NCBI GenBank assembly: GCA_040954595.2
Contig: CM082580.2
Location: 10,580,390 to 10,644,389, forward strand
DNA: 64,000 nucleotides
Origin: Balanoglossus misakiensis
Lineage: Eukaryota; Animalia; Hemichordata
Reading direction: 5' to 3'
The notes under the pieces are model-generated. The model saw nothing but the letters and a program-made list of their open reading frames with translations. It was not told where the DNA came from and ran no database searches. Numbering within the stretch: the first letter of the stretch is position 1; each line of letters begins with the position of its first letter. Shown here one piece after another: positions 1 through 13,780 of the stretch. The translations under genes were made by a program, and so were the position numbers.

Positions 1-2180
1 AGGTGTAATTTCAGCTTTGTTTTCAAAAGGAACGTTGACTTGCGAAATATTTGATCGGTGCATCAAGAAGCTGCGTTTGCGGCAATTACGCGCCATTAAA
101 AAGAAAGAACGGCACAAGGGGTCAGAGTTCAACACCGGCAACGCTGCATTAGCAAGAAAAGCAGAAAAAAAATTCACAGCCTCGCTAGACTTCAATATAA
201 AATTACCGAAACTTACAGACGTTAGTAAAAAAGAAGTCGCGGTATTCACTGGGGAAGAGGCGACAATAAGAGTTTATAGACGCCTCTCCTATTTCCATGT
301 TGGGTAATGTGAAAATCATCAAAAGGCTCGGCGATGTTCTCCCATGGCGGTATTTCGGAATGTTCAAAGGGAACACGCGTGGAAACGAGGCAGAATCGGG
401 ATTAGTACTTGACAGAATCCTTCTACGGTGAATATACCCTACTTCAGCGCAGACTCGTCTTTTCCCAAATAGCTCACACTGATATGCCTGGGCGATTTCT
501 GTGTTAAAATTAGGTACGCATTTTGTGTATTTTGTTCTACAACGCATGCTGGTGGCTCACCGATCTGCCTACGGATGCAAGCCCCCTCTGTAGTGTACGT
601 GAGAGTCATCGTGCGCGAACATTACCATGAAAAGATGGGAGATTATCAGAAGCTGGCCATGCCAGGGCGTCTAATAACATTCGCAGACTAGACATTGGTG
701 AGTTTAATTTGCAAAATGTATGCAGCAATAACAAAGCAGCGAAAAGGGAAGAAATCGTGTACCGCTTTACATCCATCTGTGGTCGACCAAAGTTTACCAT
801 TGCAGAGATAATGGAAGTTCAACTGGACACGATAACTGGATAATAAACCACATTAAAAAATTGTTAGTTAGAGTCACGTACCTTAGATATGAACAGGCAC
901 TGCAAACGTCTTTTTAGAACAACCAGAAGCAAAAACGCGTCCTATTGAAGCAATACTACGGACAGAGAATGGCGTTGGCGAGCTTATCCTAAACGATGCA
1001 TGCACAGATATTGGAAATGCGGTGCTCAGAACGCCAACTGCAAGGATACCCTTCAGCGCTAGACGACACAAGAAAGGCTAAGCTAGCTTTGACAGTCCGA
1101 TAAAATAGCAATAAACGCTTCCCCGGAGAGAATCTCGGTATTAATCAAAGCGCGTGATTACTTTGGAAACACCCCCTTTGCCCCGCCCAATGGCAGAGTG
1201 GATTTTCGTCTCCAGCCCCCCCCCCCTCAATTTTGTAATAATACAACAGTATTCTAATAATATTGCAAAGGGAATCACGCTTATGTATTTTACAGTATTA
1301 CAGCATTCGAACTACCGAAGTTCACGTTCGACATCAGTGAAGCAAATATTGGTCACGGAGATAATATTTTTGATAATTTATTATGTTAACAAGTGGTATC
1401 CTATAGCTAAATGTAGTCCTTTGCACCCGGCTAGCCGCGGCAACGATTGATAGACATTGCGATATTTGGGATTTCTACGGCGAGATTGATGGATATTTGC
1501 AGCTTTGTGACATTTGGCGAGGAAAACAAATACAAGCAGGTTGATTTATTAAACGCAAACTTTTCTCCAAAGAAGATTATCAATGATGGTTGTCACGAAA
1601 AAGGGGTAGCAGCGCACCCTCTTTCCTATTGGCTGCTCATTTAATGAATATTAATCAAGGTGTGATTTAAGGACGGTGCACGTGATCCACGGGAGAGATA
1701 TATTCGCCAGCCGCGTCCAACCTCGTAAAAGATCCCTTCGCTTGATTGTGCCAAGAATTTACCCGACCGTAACATACTATAGTTCCCGGCAATCGTGCTG
1801 TTCTCACACACTGCGCATGTATACTAGCACTGACAAAATGTGACGAAAAGTCACGTATAGTTCTCTTTAACAGCCGGCTTCTGTTATTAAAGAGGTGTCT
1901 ATGTGGGGAAAATAGAAATGTGACCAGCATAAAATCTACAGAAACAAAATATCATAAACACAAAGCCCGTCTTCCCGTAAGAATGTACAGCGAGTTTAGA
2001 CATGCATTGCGCAACAGAACGTCCATAACAACCATAGTTCATCATCGCTAAGTTCTAACCAGGAAGTCAAAAATGGGGCGACAGTATACGTCCTTGAGAT
2101 CTAACGACCAGTAAGTTTTGCATAATTTCCCGGGGAAACGTGACTTCTCGATACCACTCAAACTTTAATTTGCACTATTT

Positions 2181-2299
2181 AGCTGACAAAGAAAGGTGTC
2201 GAGATGAGAAAATGAGAAGATGCCACTTGAAGGACAGGAAGTGTCAATGCATTCTCTTTAAGAAGCATTTTGTCATCTTGACACCTTTCTTTGCCATCT
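2181..2299. repeat. Inverted repeat / mini-MITE-like hairpin
   Basis: CAAAGAAAGGTGTCGAGATGAGAAAATG (2187-2214) pairs with CATTTTGTCATCTTGACACCTTTCTTTG (2266-2293), 26/28 match. Confidence 0.8.
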
Positions 2300-5200
2300 G
2301 AAAAAAAACCGTGCGCCTTTTAATTGTCTGTTTCCGCGCCAAGATAATGTGTTAATTTATGCAGGTATTACGACTGTTAACATTGGGTGATAATGATCTT
2401 CTTACATACAAACTTTTAGCGCTTGAGAACGTGAGAAATATAACGTGATGATTGTTCTAAAATATTTCTGCGGCAGATCGGAATGCCCGGGGAACAGCTT
2501 CTGAAACATGTTCTTCGTGAAGGTTGATACTCACTGTGTCTGCGTCCACCTGCGACAAGGGTTGATTATCGCTCTTGGATTTCTCAGTCTCGCTGAGCTA
2601 CGTGCGAGATACGAGCAAATCACGACACAGGTGCGACGGTGAAGTCCGATCCGGTATCTATGACGTCACCAACTTGCGAGAGAGAAGCTGCAAGGCCAAG
2701 TCGACCGAAACCCACACGCGCTGTACTGTGCTTCCGTTGTCAAAGAATCCAAAACCGAAGGAAGTTGCCACTCGGATTCAGACAATACGTGTGGTCGTTC
2801 CGGGCGAAAAAAAGCTGCGCGAAACACCCTCACGATCGCAAAATCTTCAAGTAGATGTAATGTTCTCACAAGTGCGCGAATCAGCGATGCTTGGACACTA
2901 TCTGTCCATGTACATGTATACTTCAACTACCAGAGCTCATGGGAAGTGTAAGGAATAGTAAAAACTTAGCTCGGTTATTGAACCACCACTGAATAACGGG
3001 GAACTCGATATTTTATGGGTTGACGAATAGGTTGCGCAAGCTGCATGCGTGCGAGGGTGTGTGTATGTGTGCATGTATGTCCACCCGCCTGGAGTTTCTT
3101 GAGTTTACCTCGATGCACCTGCGACATGAGGATCGTTTGTCATTCTCACATTTCCAGTTGCCATTTTCAACCGATACATTTCATATGCTCACTCCCACTG
3201 AAAGCCGAGGGATATGTTTTTTTCTCACCGCCCAGGCATACTTTTAGCGAAGCAACGCTTTCTGCTTGATGCGTGTATCCAAATTAGAAGGTCATATCAA
3301 GTAAGACAGGGTACATTTTGTTATCTGCGTAATAAGACGCTTTTTTTGTTCGAACGGTTTCGATGGAGCTACCGCTTCCGACGTAGTTGGTTAACGCAGG
3401 TTAGCGTTCTCGATCCACAGCTCTCGCATTACTAGTACTTCGCATTGACATTGAATGTTAACGCAACCCAGCTATAATTTATCTCGCATATATGGTTTAC
3501 AGGACTGATTGGGTTATTAGAAAAAAATGACGAGCGATGAAAACGTTCTGTGCGCTGTAGGTTGCATGTGCGATACCGCCAACATTATGCTAATATCGCT
3601 AGTGTTGAATTAACAGGTTGTAAATCTTTTATGGGTATGCCAAGTGTAAAAGTGGATTTATCGAACTGTGGAATAAGGTTAACCTTAATAGGTATGAATT
3701 TACGGCAAAGTAAATTAAGTGCCGGTCAATGCCAATGTCATGTTGCAAATTAACACATCAAATATTTCATAAATGAAAGCAGGGGTATTATACTTTGACC
3801 CAGATTTTAGTGAATATAGCTGTATTTATCTACCTCCTGCCTGCGATCATATTTGTCGGCAATGATTTAGTGTTAATCCGTGGGCCAATTAATAAACTGA
3901 GCTGCGCATTTAAAAGGAAATTCGAAATATCTGCCTCGTTTAATATTGTTTACTAGGTCATTTCATAAAATGCGACGGAGAAATCGGTACACAGCGCTGT
4001 CAGGATGGAATTTGCCGCCATTCGCTATATGCACCACGTTCTTTCATTTTGTTTTCGGCTTCAATCCTCCATGTGTGACTGCCGTATGCAATAAGATTCC
4101 TGCGTCTGAAGAAGTCAATGCATCTAACTTAAAACGCTTGAAACCTACCAAGTGGCCGCCTTACTAATCACACATTTGATTCTTTCGCTGGGTCCTTGAT
4201 TATTTTGAAGACGCCGTTTGCTAGACATAATAAATTGCTTCGCTTCTGGATACAATTTGGGTGGACTGGTCGTTTAGATGGAGTAGGCTTGACAACAGCA
4301 CACTGCTATTTTTTTGTGATTCCAATCTTCCTCCAACCAGATAACAGACCGGGGAAGATCAGCGAGAGGCTGATTTCGGTACGGCACTTTTAGGCTTTTG
4401 ATCATCTTATACCCGTTGAAAGGCCTGAAAGTTGAAACAAGGAATGGGTGTGACCTATACCCTCAATAGCTGCGCTTCTGAACACATGAATGGCAAAATG
4501 CAGACAAGGCGCCCTCTGTCGGTTGATAAGATACTGACTTCGGAGCATTGCCGACGTAAAAACGGCAGGCGGTTGTCACACTTCGCGAAGAGCCTCAAGA
4601 GGGCATGTGACGAGAAGTCAAAGGCAAACTCAAAAATTGAAATTGGTGGGGGGGGGGGGGGGGGGACATACTAAGTTGATTTTTACAGTTGGTTTGAATC
4701 AAGGCTCGTCTTACAGGAAGTCCAGAATGTGTTGTTCGTACGTAGATGTCGCTCTTTTCGTTGACAGACTGAGAAAGCAGAACCACGTCACGCCATCGCA
4801 ACGTACGCATTATCCGGCGCGCCTAGGCCTTAAGGCTACAGACATTAAAAATTCATGGTCGATAATAAAAAAAGATCTACTCGGCTCCGAAGAAACGTGG
4901 CTTCCCAGCCCCCCGGGAGACTGCTTGAGTTTAATGATGGCATGTTTGGTCAAAGCAATCACCTCATGAGGGACAACCACTCTAAATTAAAATCCATCGA
5001 TCAGCGACGGAAGGTGTGCGGCGGTGAAGTCCTCTTCATTTATTTAAAGGGTCTCGGCGGTCGACTGATTTGTGGCCAAGGGTTCCCCGTTACACGCGTT
5101 CCCCTTGGTTTCAAGGTCACCCATATGCATAGTTTAGGTTACATGTTTAACAATGTTCCTGGTAAAAAAAATCATTGCATACACGGGTGACTTTTATGAT

Positions 5201-8200
5201 TGTGGCGAAGTCTGCGTTTCACACTCTTTTATGTGCGGATAACGGTCGTTTAATAAACAGTAGAATGTGCGATTTGTGCAGAGAAGAAAAATACGTACGA
5301 AAGAGTTCCCTCAAAGAACTTACTGATGAAAGTCAGGCTCAAAATTCGATGAAATTAGGAAGGTCAACTCACGTGACATTGTCTTTTGTTCGTGAGTTTT
5401 GCTGATGAGGGCGCAAATCGACCTATTCAACACGTGAGAAACTCTTTGCCTAACAAAACGGTTACCTTTTTTTAAAATACAAAAACAAGCTGTTTAACTA
5501 ATCGGTCGACTAATGTTGTCACCATCTGATCGATAGAATTCACACTGGATATACAAGTAGAGCGCCCTCAACAGCAGTGCCAACCACATACACGACAGAG
5601 TGATACTCTGGATACAACTGGATTCCACCAGGCTGTGTATGTATGGGGGGGGGGGGGTGAGGAATATGACTATGGAAACGTACAATTTAGCGGTTAACAG
5701 CCAGTAGGGGCTCATGAACAGCTCCAATGGGTCCCGGATATTTTACGATATATGAAGTTACAGATCTTATATTCTCTTCACCTCCCCTTCTTCTTCTTCA
5801 AGACCGTCTTGTAAGGATAGCTGCACGGGCCTGAAGGGCGTTCGAGTAGAATAACATAGGACGTGGAACATTATGCCGAGGTCCACTTATCCTTGTAATA
5901 TTCAGCCATCTGCCACTCAGCTGTAATTTCATCCTCAAGGTCTTCTATTCAGTGTATATTTTTAGAGCGACTCATTTTTTCCTCTCTTTGTGATATATTT
6001 GTTTTAAATCTCAGAATGCCAGCGTGACCAGAACTTTTTATTTGGCCGCTCCACTTTTGGCAGAAATCCGCCATCTTGAAACTGTGATCGGTTATCGCTT
6101 GCCTTGCCCAGGTAGCAAAATCTATCGAGAGGAACAAGAAAGCTAATTCAGGAACGGAATCACTACATTGTATTTGATAGCGCTGGCGCTCACAGCGCTT
6201 CTTCGGTCCTGACGTCACACAACTTCCGCCTCACAGTATATGATTGCGCTGCACTTTCACGCCAATGTGGGTGTGAAGATTGTTGAACCAACTCCGCCCG
6301 AGAGGAGATATTTGCTTGCAAAGATAAATGAAAATCTTGTTCGAAGACTTAGCGATAGTAAGAGTATTCTTTGGAGTCTGGAAGTGTTATTTCGAATGTC
6401 TTATACATGAACTCGGTGGAATTAAGACCTGCAATGCACATACAACAACCGTGGCTAATAAAACTATTCACCAGAGTACAACAGTGTGTCATTTTAAAGT
6501 GTTGGGAACGGGAAATGGTCATACTTTGGTATTCAATAACAGTATCCTTCTTATATTCATTCGTCGTAGAATCACCAGTGGACAGTGACACTTCATAAAA
6601 CATCATATCTCTCGTGTCGTTCTCAAGTAGCTGGGGATTACAACATTGACGGGCCTGTCGAGTTTTATGGAGACGTAACACCACTCCTATAACATGAAAA
6701 CCGATGCCAGGCAACGCGTGTCGTTTGTCAGTACACGTCATTCTCGAAGTTTTGTACACCTTCACACTTATGTTTTTTTTCCTTCAGCCAACAGAGGCGG
6801 AACGAATGCACAATTCTGACGACATCTATTTGTTAGGATTTACCACAAAGATTGCTGGTACCATAAAACAAAACCTTCACGGAATTGGTTTTATGGCCAC
6901 TAAAGATCACTTTCAATAACTAAATGCACCTGGGTGCCATTAAAGACGGTCCCGCTGTGTTGTATAGTCAGAAGTGATTATTTATAACATAGATGAGAGA
7001 TAAGTTGTTTAAATCGGCGAGACTGTATCTATATATCTAGGCAGGTGATGCCGCCTGCACTGAACGGAATCAAGCATAACCGATGAGACAAGCGAACGGA
7101 AAATCGGGACAAAACTGACAGACGTGACACGCATCATGCCCAGTCTGGACCCACGGGATTTGACTCGTATATGTGTTTTATGCGACTATCGGATCAGCTT
7201 GTTATATTACTGAAATGCGATTAACCATTATCGGTGACTGCAAGAATTCTAATTTCGTTCATTTGAAGAAGAAGAAGAAAAAAAGATAGAAAATCGGTTT
7301 TAAGGTCAAACAATGTGCATGATGCTAATTTTAACAGCACACGTGGGTAGCTCGCCGGGTACAACCAACAAAGTTTTCAAACTTTTAAGTGGTTCTGTCA
7401 TCCGCTAACATTGGTGGTATACTGCACAGAGATAACGGTCATGAAAATGGCCTATCGCTCCACATGGTAGGGTTTTTCATTGAAATGGCGTCACAGAAAT
7501 GGCTGAGCATTCACAGACTGTAAACCTTCAATTGGGATAACCCCTCAGAGTATGCGCCTTTAATTGTATGAGGTCCCTTAGTTAAGGACAAGTGGAACGC
7601 GCTATCCGGCGGGATTACAAAGCGTGCAGCTCAAATCAGACACAGTCTATGTCTTCCTTGTAGCCGTAGGATTATAATACTATCGAGGGGAATCTCGCAA
7701 AGTGCAGTCGATCGGAAGACGATTCGCTTTCTTTGTTCCCCAGTGAGCGTTGTCATCAGAGGATCTGGCTGCCAACGTCGCATAACCTGTAGGCAAAAAA
7801 GGACAAACAACCTTCTTCTTTTTCTTATGAACATTTCACAAATTGATGAAGTCTTGCCGCGTATACGCGGGCGTGGGTGCTGCAGAGAAATCACCCAGAA
7901 ATGCACTGTTTTGAGAATTCTCAGTTCAGTGCTCGATGGCGTTATCCGGTCTATCTTATCTTGATCAAACAGAGCTCTAAATCACGATGTGCCAAATTGG
8001 ACGGAACATATTCCTCTGTAAACAAGCATTTATTGCCTTAAAGCCCCATGAGCTGCCAAATTTCACATATTTTTTTTCCAAAATAAAATACTGCAAATCA
8101 TCTCCCTATCTTTTAAAATCCCCAACATTAATCCATATCACACGTACTTGCATCAGTTTTTCATCTCTTGGCAACGCCGTAGTCTTTGTATGGAGGCCAA

Positions 8201-9328
8201 TTAAACGGATGCGGCACCCGTTTAATATATCACTGGCCCAAATTGAAACATACAGCCACAACCGGGCATCGATAAGATGGCAGTCTATAGGCCAGCCTAT
8301 CAGTAAGCTGATTTAGATGGACCAATCTAAGTTGCAAAGTAAAACCATTTGTCAGCTGTAAAGCGAAGTTGGATATACGCACATTAATCTAATCAAGGGG
8401 TTGCGCCAGAGAAAATGAAGGTTCAAGTTTGTGGTGTAAATGCCGTTAAGCCCGTGGGGCCAACTTTAAATATATCCCAGAGGGAGCCATGACCGGGCAC
8501 GGTCGAATTAAAAGATCATTAGCGTCGTTCGACACTAGCACCATTGCAAGGCTTTACATTCGAAATCAATAAAAAAAAGTCAATTTCTGCCGTGACCTTC
8601 TGGGAATGGTCCATCCGTCGTAAAAAAAATCGTCGACGTACAAAAGGCGCCTTCTGGATATCATCTCTTCCGCGACAAGGCAGAAAGGTAGCTGAACCCT
8701 TCCTAGCTGTTAAATATATTACAAAGTATATTGACACGTCTTCGGAACGCCCTGGTCAAAACGAATATTTCTGACAGCAACTTGGGAGAGGACAGGTTAT
8801 GTTTTTTTAACACGGCGTAACCACCAATAATGTGTGTTTGAGCGATATTGCTACGTCGCTTGACTCGGGCAGCGCCCACAGTTGCACACCACACGAGGGT
8901 CTCACAAAACATTGTTTTAACGGCAAGTCCAGAACACTACTCCGTCGATGAAAGTAAATTTATCCCGCCGCATGCACACACGACTTCGTACGCACTCTTG
9001 TCTCGGGACTACTTCTGTTCCTTTTATAGGGAGATATTCGTCACGGAAAAGTGCGTTTATGACTACTACACCATTTCCATGTTCTGTTCATCTCAGTCTG
9101 TTGAAATTTAAGGGGGCGAACCGGTGATAAATATCGGCATAATTGCTCTCGAAGGAGTTTAATGAAGTACTAGTCTGCGGTTATTGTCTTCGGTGGAACT
9201 CGCCATTTGTTTACGATGAGAACACCAAAACAATTGTCGACTAAGGTGAATATGGATCGTGGGTTGTGCCATATTATTCGGTCGGTTTCTATATACTGAG
9301 GTGTAGGGAAGTCTTGCCGAACTTTTTA

Positions 9329-9334
9329 TCTCTC

Positions 9335-9398
<64 letters not shown>

Positions 9399-9419
9399 TG
9401 TCTGTTTGTCTCTCTCTCT
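9329..9419. repeat. Compound (CT)n(CA)n microsatellite
   Basis: Seen directly. Confidence 0.95.
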
Positions 9420-11049
9420 ATTGCTAATGCCGTGATATGTTTGATGTTGTGTGAGCTTCTGCAACACAACGTCTTCCATCGAGATGCAAAACTAATTAGC
9501 CATAATGGACAACTGCATTTCAGGAAGCTCAGAAATGCTGCCTCTAGACGCGCGCCATGCTGGACAAAAACCAATCGTGCCTTCGCTACTCCTTAATAGA
9601 AATTCCAACGCCATGATTTCTCTGTAATCAGCTGAGAGGGCATGCACAAAATTGGAAAGTGTATTTCCCGCGTTGGGTGGTGTCGGCCAGACTATACTTC
9701 CAAGGTATTCGTACTGAATACTTCTATTGACCTTTTACAAGACCACTGCAGTCTTAGAGGCACTGTACACAGCAGAAGTTGAGAATGCGAATTTTGTAAC
9801 AGAGCGATAGCTTTAGTTTTTATAGCTCGACGAAAGAGAAAAATTGTTGCTTGCTTTCGATTTCCAGGCAAAACGGTGTAATTTGATGCAATACTTGTCA
9901 GATTGTAATCGAACGCAATCTGGGCAGCGGAAGGGATTTCTAGAAATGTGAGACATTCTCAGTGTCAAATGCACAGCGTTTCGGAAAGTAAGTCCCAGCA
10001 TGTGATTACATGTAATCAGGCGTAAGAAGGAGCCTGTCCTCAGTGCCGGCTATTACGAGCCGTCGGAAGGAGAAACTGTGATTGTGCGCGAAGCCATATT
10101 GCGCTGCCCACTGAGGACGACTTCGGAGCACGTGACGCCGCTGCGGCCCGAGGACACGACAATATTTCCTCGCATCGTTTTTGGCGCAGACGGTTTCTCG
10201 TTGATGCTTTCTCCCTGGGGAGGGCAAGGATACTTTCAACGGGAATTTGATGCGCTTCGTTGGTGGAATCGTTTCATCCAATCTACTCAAGCGTGTCAGA
10301 ATCCCCCGATTTCCCGCCCGATTCGTCAGCCTTTGGTACGACAGGGGTGGCATGGAGGCGTACTGCCGTTCTGAGTGTCAAAAGAAATATCTACAATATT
10401 TGCATTTTCGCATGTTCCACAGTTCACGGTTTTCATGGTCATTCTCCATTATGTTGGACGCGTGACGACACTAGGCACAGTAATTAGACTTGCAATGTCG
10501 TCACGACTGATTGTTTCAGCCTGCAGATTACGTTTGAAAGAAAAGTGCAACATGTGCGAAAATGTAAGCCTCGCGAAACTCAAAACACCTGGTAATTGAG
10601 AAGTGATCGTATGCTTTTAAAGTTGGCTATTCGATCCGACTGCTATATTAAGGCCTACTGTTCTGGTTTGGTTGAGGTACAGTGTTTGAAAATGTCGCTG
10701 TGCATAGTGTTTCTTGTGTGGCCACATAATTCACGACAACTAATTATAAGGCACTCCGGGAAGAGAAGCCCTTTAATACAGTCGTGTCTCAGTTATATTT
10801 AGGAGAAGAAAACATACCCTTTATCAAAATGTTATTTATTACCATGAACTACACATTAATTACACTCTCATTGTAATTATCTGTCACTGCATGTTATGAA
10901 AGGAATAACAACATCGATTGGTTTCTCCATGGTTGGTCCTGATATCCGGGATTCTAAGAAAAAATGACAATTTCTACTTGTAAGAGTTTGGTTGAATTTA
11001 TTATCATCGGATGGCTTTACAAGAAATCGAGTCATCATAGGCTTACAGT

Positions 11050-11114
11050 CCCCCCCCCCCTCTCTCTCTCTCTCTCTCACTCACTCACTCACTCAATCAC
11101 TCTCTCTCTCTCTC
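11050..11114. repeat. poly-C/(CT)n/(CACT)n microsatellite
   Basis: Seen directly. Confidence 0.9.
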
Positions 11115-12577
11115 CAATGAAAACAAAACATAAGCGTGTAATTCAAAGGTGTTTGTCATATGCGGTGGGGCACGTGTATAGACTGGTAGTGTATCCAGTT
11201 GAATATTCTGGGTTGCTCTTGAGAAGTAATAAAACAACTCGACGTCTGCCATGAGATCGCCACCGACATCCCAGGAGTTGAGGCAATGTTAAGAAGAAAT
11301 GGGCGTATGTTACTTCTAGCTTCCAAGCTGTGAAAATCGAATTAAGTTGCGGAAATTAAAAAAAAGAACAACCACAACTCTCTGCGTATATTCGCGTATG
11401 TAACGACTGACATCACTGACTACGTAAGACTTGAATACGAAATGTCATTTAGTTCAACTCACGACAGCAACTTACAGAGTACAGTGAAGCTGTTCTTTCC
11501 TGGGGTAAAAGCACATCCTCGCACATTTATACCTAATAACGTTCTTTAGAATTTGTAATCGAAACTCCAAAAGTGCGTGTTCATAACAGCATTTTTGCAA
11601 TCCTGACACTCTAACCATCGATGGGCTGCGCCAAAGTGTGTCTGTTGTTTTGCGACACACCATTATGCACAGTGAGAGTTTTTAACTGAGTTAATGCCTC
11701 GCGCGTGAGTGGGGGGGGGGGGGTTAGCTCGACGTGAACCATTATAGGCACATTTCTGTTTGCAAGTATAGACTATCACGAAGTAACGAGGAATGATTTG
11801 GCACTCTGCTAAATTTAGCGAAAAGGAAAGAAAACAATGGGATAATTAGTAAGCCCACACACCGTGCCAACCGGGGAACTTCGGTATCGAGGTCATAATC
11901 ATGATATAATTGGTAGTCGTTTCTGTTGACTTCAAACTGTGTTCCACGAAAAAAAGCTGAAAAGAACAAAAATATTATTCACTGCTGTTTAGACAGCGAT
12001 TTTGACTAAACAATTAAGTTAATAGATATGAATTATCCCAACAGACGTAAAATGATTCAGATTTGTATGGATATTTTCACTAGGCTAGGACACTTTGTTT
12101 TTGTTTTTTCTTGTCTTACGTTTCCATGGCCACTATTTCACGTTTTAACTGGCATATAGTATATCGTTAGGGGCTTGTGGGCCTAGTCGACGTTTGTCAG
12201 CTGTGTTTTGCCTGTGTTAATCGTGTATAGGTAAATTTACAAATTTGTAGATTAATTTATTGCATGCGATACGCTGAAGCTCAAGGAAACTTTGAATTGG
12301 AGTAATGTTTGTACACACGAAATTATGTATATGCGCCTAAGACGGTCGTCGGCCTTTAACGCGCGCCTCAGTAACAGATAATGGATAATTATATGCGTTT
12401 CGAAGATTAGCATATAATTACTAACTATTCGTTACGTAAGTGAATTCCGTTAATTGGTATTCGTCACAGGTGTTAGTACGTGTACATAGAGTGAGAAATC
12501 CTTTGTCTGTCAGTCTCGGTTGTCACTCCACGATGGCTACAACAGCGATTTTTGTAATAATGTTTGATGTCCAATTT

Positions 12578-12817
12578 CCTCAAGTAAGCTTATTGGTTAT
12601 TGAAATTTGCATGGACGTTGTATTAAGTTCCTAATTCATTAGTAGATCATTTTGTATGTAGCAGTGCTTTTTTCTTTCTTTTTTCGTGATAATGAAGTTT
12701 GTTGTCGAATGTAAATATAATGTCCTCAAAGTAAGCGTATTAATTATTGAATATTTCATGGATGCTGTACTTGTAACTTATAATTCAATTGTAGATCATT
12801 TGTATGTAACAATGCTT
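12578..12817. repeat. Diverged direct repeat pair (about 92 bp, period 146)
   Basis: CCTCAAGTAAGC...GTAGATCATTTTGTATGTAGCAGTGCTT (12578-12669) vs CCTCAAAGTAAGC...GTAGATCATTTGTATGTAACAATGCTT (12724-12817). Confidence 0.75.
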
Positions 12818-13621
12818 CTGTAAGGGGGGATCATGAAATAAAAGTGGTGGATATGGTGGGGGGGGGGGGTACACAGTACTCGTGGGGTATAAGATAACCA
12901 CCGCATGATACCGCATTTATTGTGTTTTGTCTTAATTTCTTAGTATGATCTAGTTTAGTATAGATAAGGTATGTCGTAGATTGTTTGTAATATTGCCCTC
13001 AGGGGGCGCGGGAAATAAAAGCTGACGCAACCAAATTTGGCACGACACCCCCTTATCAGAAAGTTTACGTTTCCCAGGAGGAAAAACCGTAAGGAGAGAT
13101 CTGTTGCGATAAACGAGTTTGACTTTGACATTTACTCAACGGTCTATATAGGAACAGAAACATGATGACTATCAGCGCGCGACTCCGAATGAGAGTGGCT
13201 GGGGTTGGCGTACATCATTAGGCTTCGACCCTTGATGGATTTCACAACGGTTGAGATCAGTGACGTCCAAATCAAGTGATTACTACTATCGCCATCGGCA
13301 CCACAAAGGGCTAACCCTAATATGAAATGGCAAATTGTCATCATTTTGTCGTTGTAAACATCTGTTAAACATGCCTACCCTAGTTTTGAAAACAATATCA
13401 AAAACCGGCAAATATAAAAAAGGCTTCCTACATTAAAAAATAGCGTCAAGGACACTGTGGTCCCATTTGAGGATTACGCGGAAATATTTGTTCAGAGCGG
13501 CTAGCATGTTGAAACCATACAGGCGGTTTTCAAAAAACAAAAAAATTATTTTGTGAAATTATATACGGTGATCTCAAACGTTGGTGATAAAATTCGAAAA
13601 GGCGTGTTTTTTTGGCGCCGT

Positions 13622-13704
13622 TGGCCAAATACCATTAATACCATGACAGACCCCACTATGCTTATGACCAAACACCTTTAATACTATGACAGACTCCACT
13701 ATGC
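13622..13704. repeat. Two diverged 43-bp tandem units just left of the satellite
   Basis: CCAAATACCATTAATACCATGACAGACCCCACTATGC (13625) vs CCAAACACCTTTAATACTATGACAGACTCCACTATGC (13668). Confidence 0.85.
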
Positions 13705-13780
13705 AATTTTTCGACTTTGAACATTTTTTAAAAATTCTTCATTTTTGATAAAAAAAATCATGGGTTATAATGGGAAAATT

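Noticed and set aside
2575-2958. THAP-domain-like relic, with faint inverted similarity to 6335-6370
   Set aside because: The key C2CH, Trp and HF residues cannot be aligned in any one frame; the similarity is too short to call.
3375-3420. tRNA-like A-box (TAGTTGGTTAACGC); also GGTTCGA at 50268 and 50339
   Set aside because: No cloverleaf and no correctly spaced A/B box pair.
10006-10374. Overlapping 98-115 aa ORFs in a GC-richer patch
   Set aside because: No recognisable domain, splice framework or codon bias; unresolved and not supportable as a gene.
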